A stretch of 64,000 bases of DNA, from NCBI RefSeq assembly GCF_006345805.1, contig NC_042998.1, positions 7,006,001 through 7,070,000 on the forward strand, read 5' to 3'. The translations under genes were made by a program, and so were the position numbers. Below the pieces are notes generated by a model. It worked only from the letters and a program-made list of their open reading frames with translations. It was not told the DNA's origin and searched no databases. This document shows, piece after piece, positions 62,475 through 64,000 of this stretch (position 1 is the stretch's first letter; every line of letters begins with the position of its first letter). The DNA comes from Octopus sinensis. Lineage: Eukaryota.

Positions 62475-62711
62475 ATTTGTTGATTACCATCCTTTATGAG
62501 TTCATTGTTTTCTTATTGGTGCAAGGGATTCTGGAATTTTTATTAATAGCCTTTAGAATTCCAAACAGTTAGAGAGTAATGCACATGATTATAAAACAAC
62601 CATAGGCAGTCCATCAATCAACATAATGATTTCTTTTATTATAAACGTTTATGAATATTTCATATATTTTATAATAATTTCTTTCATTGTGATTGTTTTA
62701 TACTCCTTTTA

Positions 62712-62882
62712 AAACAACTTATAAATAAGGGCAAAAGAAAAATTCCTATGCCAAATATGCCAAGAAACAGACTTTAAATCGTCAATAACCACATATATAT
62801 GTAATTATTGACGATTTAAAGTCTATTTCTTGGCATATTTGGCATAGGAATTCTTTCTTTTACCCTTATTTATAAGTTGTTT
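62712..62882. repeat. Near-perfect inverted repeat (77-78-bp arms, 16-nt spacer)
   Basis: 62712-62788 versus 62805-62882; the spacer contains its own palindrome acatatatatgt. Confidence 0.9.
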
Positions 62883-62992
62883 ATAATTTTCACCTTAAAA
62901 CATATTTTTTAATATGCAGGCCACTGATAAAATTTTTTGAAAATTTTATTCTATATTAGATGTAAATTTAATACCCCTTATAAAACATATAG

Positions 62993-63316
62993 GAGCACTC
63001 TGTCAGTTACGACAACGAGGGTCCCAGCTGATACAGTCAATGGAACAGCTTGCTCATGAAATTAACGTGCAAGTGGCTGAGCACTCCACAGACATGTGTA
63101 CCCTTAATGTAGTTCTCAGGGAAATTCAGCGTGACACAGAGTGTGACAAGGCTGGCCCTTTAAAATACAGGTACTACTCATTTTTGCCAGCTGAGTGGAC
63201 TGGAGCAATGTGAAATAAAGTGTCTTGCTGAAGGGCACAACATGTCGCCGGGAATCAAACTCACAACCTTACGATCATGAGCCGAATACCCTAACCACTA
63301 AGCCATGTGCCCTCAC
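62993..63316 (-). mobile_element. SINE-C-related copy
   Basis: Minus strand has a head like 7966 and a 3' half like 31400-31560. Confidence 0.75.
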
Positions 63317-63650
63317 TATAAAACATATAGAGAAGTCTAAATAGACATATTCAGTGACTTTAAAATAGTGGTTATGACACTAGACCATGATCAGTTCATT
63401 CATTCAGGCATACTTTCAAATTTGTAGTATAAGACCGAACCAAAGCCTTACATATATACTTAACCCTTTAGTTTTCATAGTTCTGTTGACATAACTGACT
63501 TTGTTTCATTGAATTTTTAAAATAATGAAGAATATAATAAAATAGCTTTCTCATTATTGAAATGGAGTCTGAAATAGTCATAAAACTTTTATACCAACCC
63601 ATCTAAGACTGGTGGGTTGGTATTAAAAAGATACTGGTGGATTGGTATAT

Positions 63651-63886
63651 AAGGCGGCGAGCTGGCAGAAACGTTAGCACGCTGGGAGAAATGCTTAGCG
63701 GTATTTCGTCTGCCGTTACATTCTGAGTTCAAATTCCGCCGAGGTCGACTTTGCCTTTCGTCTTTTCGGGGTCGAAAAATTAAATACCAGTTACGCACTG
63801 GGGTCGATGTAATCGACTTAATACCTATGTCTGTCCTTGTTTGTCCCCTCTGTGTTTAGCCCCCCAGTGGGTAATAAAGAAATAGG
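63651..63886 (+). mobile_element. SINE-B full length
   Basis: Same diagnostics as the other SINE-B copies. Confidence 0.9.
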
Positions 63887-64000
63887 TATTAAAAAGAGTT
63901 AAGCAACCGATCTTCTTCAATAAACTTGAGGCTGCAATAGTGAGTATATCTTCTTTGAGCCTTCATAACAATATATTCAAATCTATGAGACTTGAATCTA

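Overview
This is AT-rich, repeat-dominated eukaryotic DNA, probably intronic or intergenic. The SINE set, RTE (GAT)n tails and (TA)/(TACA)n density suggest an octopus-like cephalopod; this is inferred from recall, not searched. No host protein-coding gene can be supported, and nearly all ORFs in the six-frame track are microsatellite or SINE artefacts. The one real long ORF (14080-16071, +) is a young, 5'-truncated Penelope-like element (PLE) with RT and GIY-YIG domains. The window also holds decayed RTE and CR1-like LINE pieces, Tc1/mariner, pogo-like and piggyBac-like MITEs, a non-autonomous Helitron, and dozens of tRNA-derived SINEs in three to four families. The most striking signal is a set of six distinct families of small elements, most of them (TA)n-embedded, each carrying a type-I hammerhead-ribozyme fold. 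Every fold has a palindromic or near-palindromic stem III, as expected for dimer-type hammerheads, and a different catalytic-core variant. These variants include compensatory swaps of the C3-G8 tertiary pair (G3-C8 and U3-A8). Four of the six families sit in head-to-head inverted (hairpin) arrangements, and at least one appears to have been amplified as a ready-made palindrome. Ribozyme activity is predicted from sequence only. Most repeat coordinates are approximate (about +/-10 bp).
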